From NCBI RefSeq assembly GCF_964188315.1, contig NC_135659.1:57040001-57104000 (forward strand): a DNA stretch of 64,000 nucleotides, read 5' to 3'. Every line of letters starts with the position of its first letter. Position 1 is the first letter of the stretch. This document shows positions 63,207-64,000 of the stretch, piece by piece. Position numbers and translations under genes: made by a program. The DNA is from Podarcis muralis. Taxonomy: Eukaryota. The notes beneath the pieces were generated by a model, which was given only the letters and a program-made list of their open reading frames with translations, was not told the origin of the DNA and ran no database searches.

Positions 63207-64000
63207 ATGTATAGTAAGTGCACAGTGGAATCGGCCTAATCTCCAGGATTTTCTGCAGAGCAGGTGCCGACACTGGACATTCAGTCCCAGGAATGTGGTT
63301 CTTCTCATTTAGGGATAATGCTTCTCCTCTTCCATCTTGCCCTCTGTAGGCTTCCCATCTATCTAAAATTAGGTTGTAAGCTCTTCCAAGAAGGGATCTG
63401 TCTTTTGTGGTTGAATGCAAATGGGATTTCTAAGCTAAATTTTCCATACAAGGGGTTTGAGACCATCTCTATCAATTTGCACAGGGCATCTTTCTAAGGA
63501 AAGACACTCCTGGCTCTCCTACCAGATCATATCTGCTTTAGGCCTTAGAACAAAAGCCAGCATCTATTGTCTCACAACACCATGCACTTTCTTCCATGGC
63601 ACCTTATTTTTGGAACTCATTTGCCTCCAGACACTCATATGGTCTAGTATAACCATATGAATCTTCTCCAACCTGGTGCCCTGCAGATGTTGTTACCTCC
63701 ACATCGGCCTCAGTCCACAAGTCCAATGGAAGTTACTACTTCAATAACATCTGGAAGGAGACAGGCTCACCATGCTGAAGAACTGCATGAAAAGTTGGCT
63801 CTAGCCTAGGAAAATAGAAATCTGTTCATTTTTTAAGGTGCCACCGGAGTCCTTGTTGATTTTGCCTTTTCACAAGTCTGTTTCAAACCATAAATCTGAA
63901 AAACTTGACTATGGCAACCACTTGCTATTGAAATGAAGCTTCAAATATAATAACATGAGTCAAGTTTCAAACCCAACCTCCAGGACCAACGTCTCTCTCA

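Overview
Vertebrate genomic DNA from a squamate lizard, probably a lacertid (inferred from Sauria SINEs, a tRNA-Lys/CR1-tailed SINE, Bov-B/RTE LINEs and squamate-type MITEs). I could not recognise any host protein-coding exon. Nearly all listed ORFs are chance frames, repeat-derived, or span the assembly gap at 1684-1880. The window looks intronic or intergenic around a CpG-rich promoter-like block at about 21.4-23.4 kb. That block carries an expanded-spacer REST/RE1 motif and minus-strand splice donors, suggesting an unidentified neuronal gene transcribed leftward. The most notable structure lies in the presumed first intron at 8.5-13.3 kb, where several Penelope-like element (PLE) remnants cluster. 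One is nested in a Bov-B LINE and keeps an intact minimal hammerhead-ribozyme core in the sense of the presumed transcript. Two others form long inverted repeats containing decayed hammerhead motifs. Also present are a 5'-truncated Bov-B, four Sauria SINEs, hAT and Tc1/mariner MITEs with target-site duplications (TSDs), a solo LTR with a tandem CCAAT array, enhancer-like blocks, and a cluster of candidate exons on both strands at 41.8-42.9 kb. Repeat family names come from my recall of consensus sequences, not from a database search.
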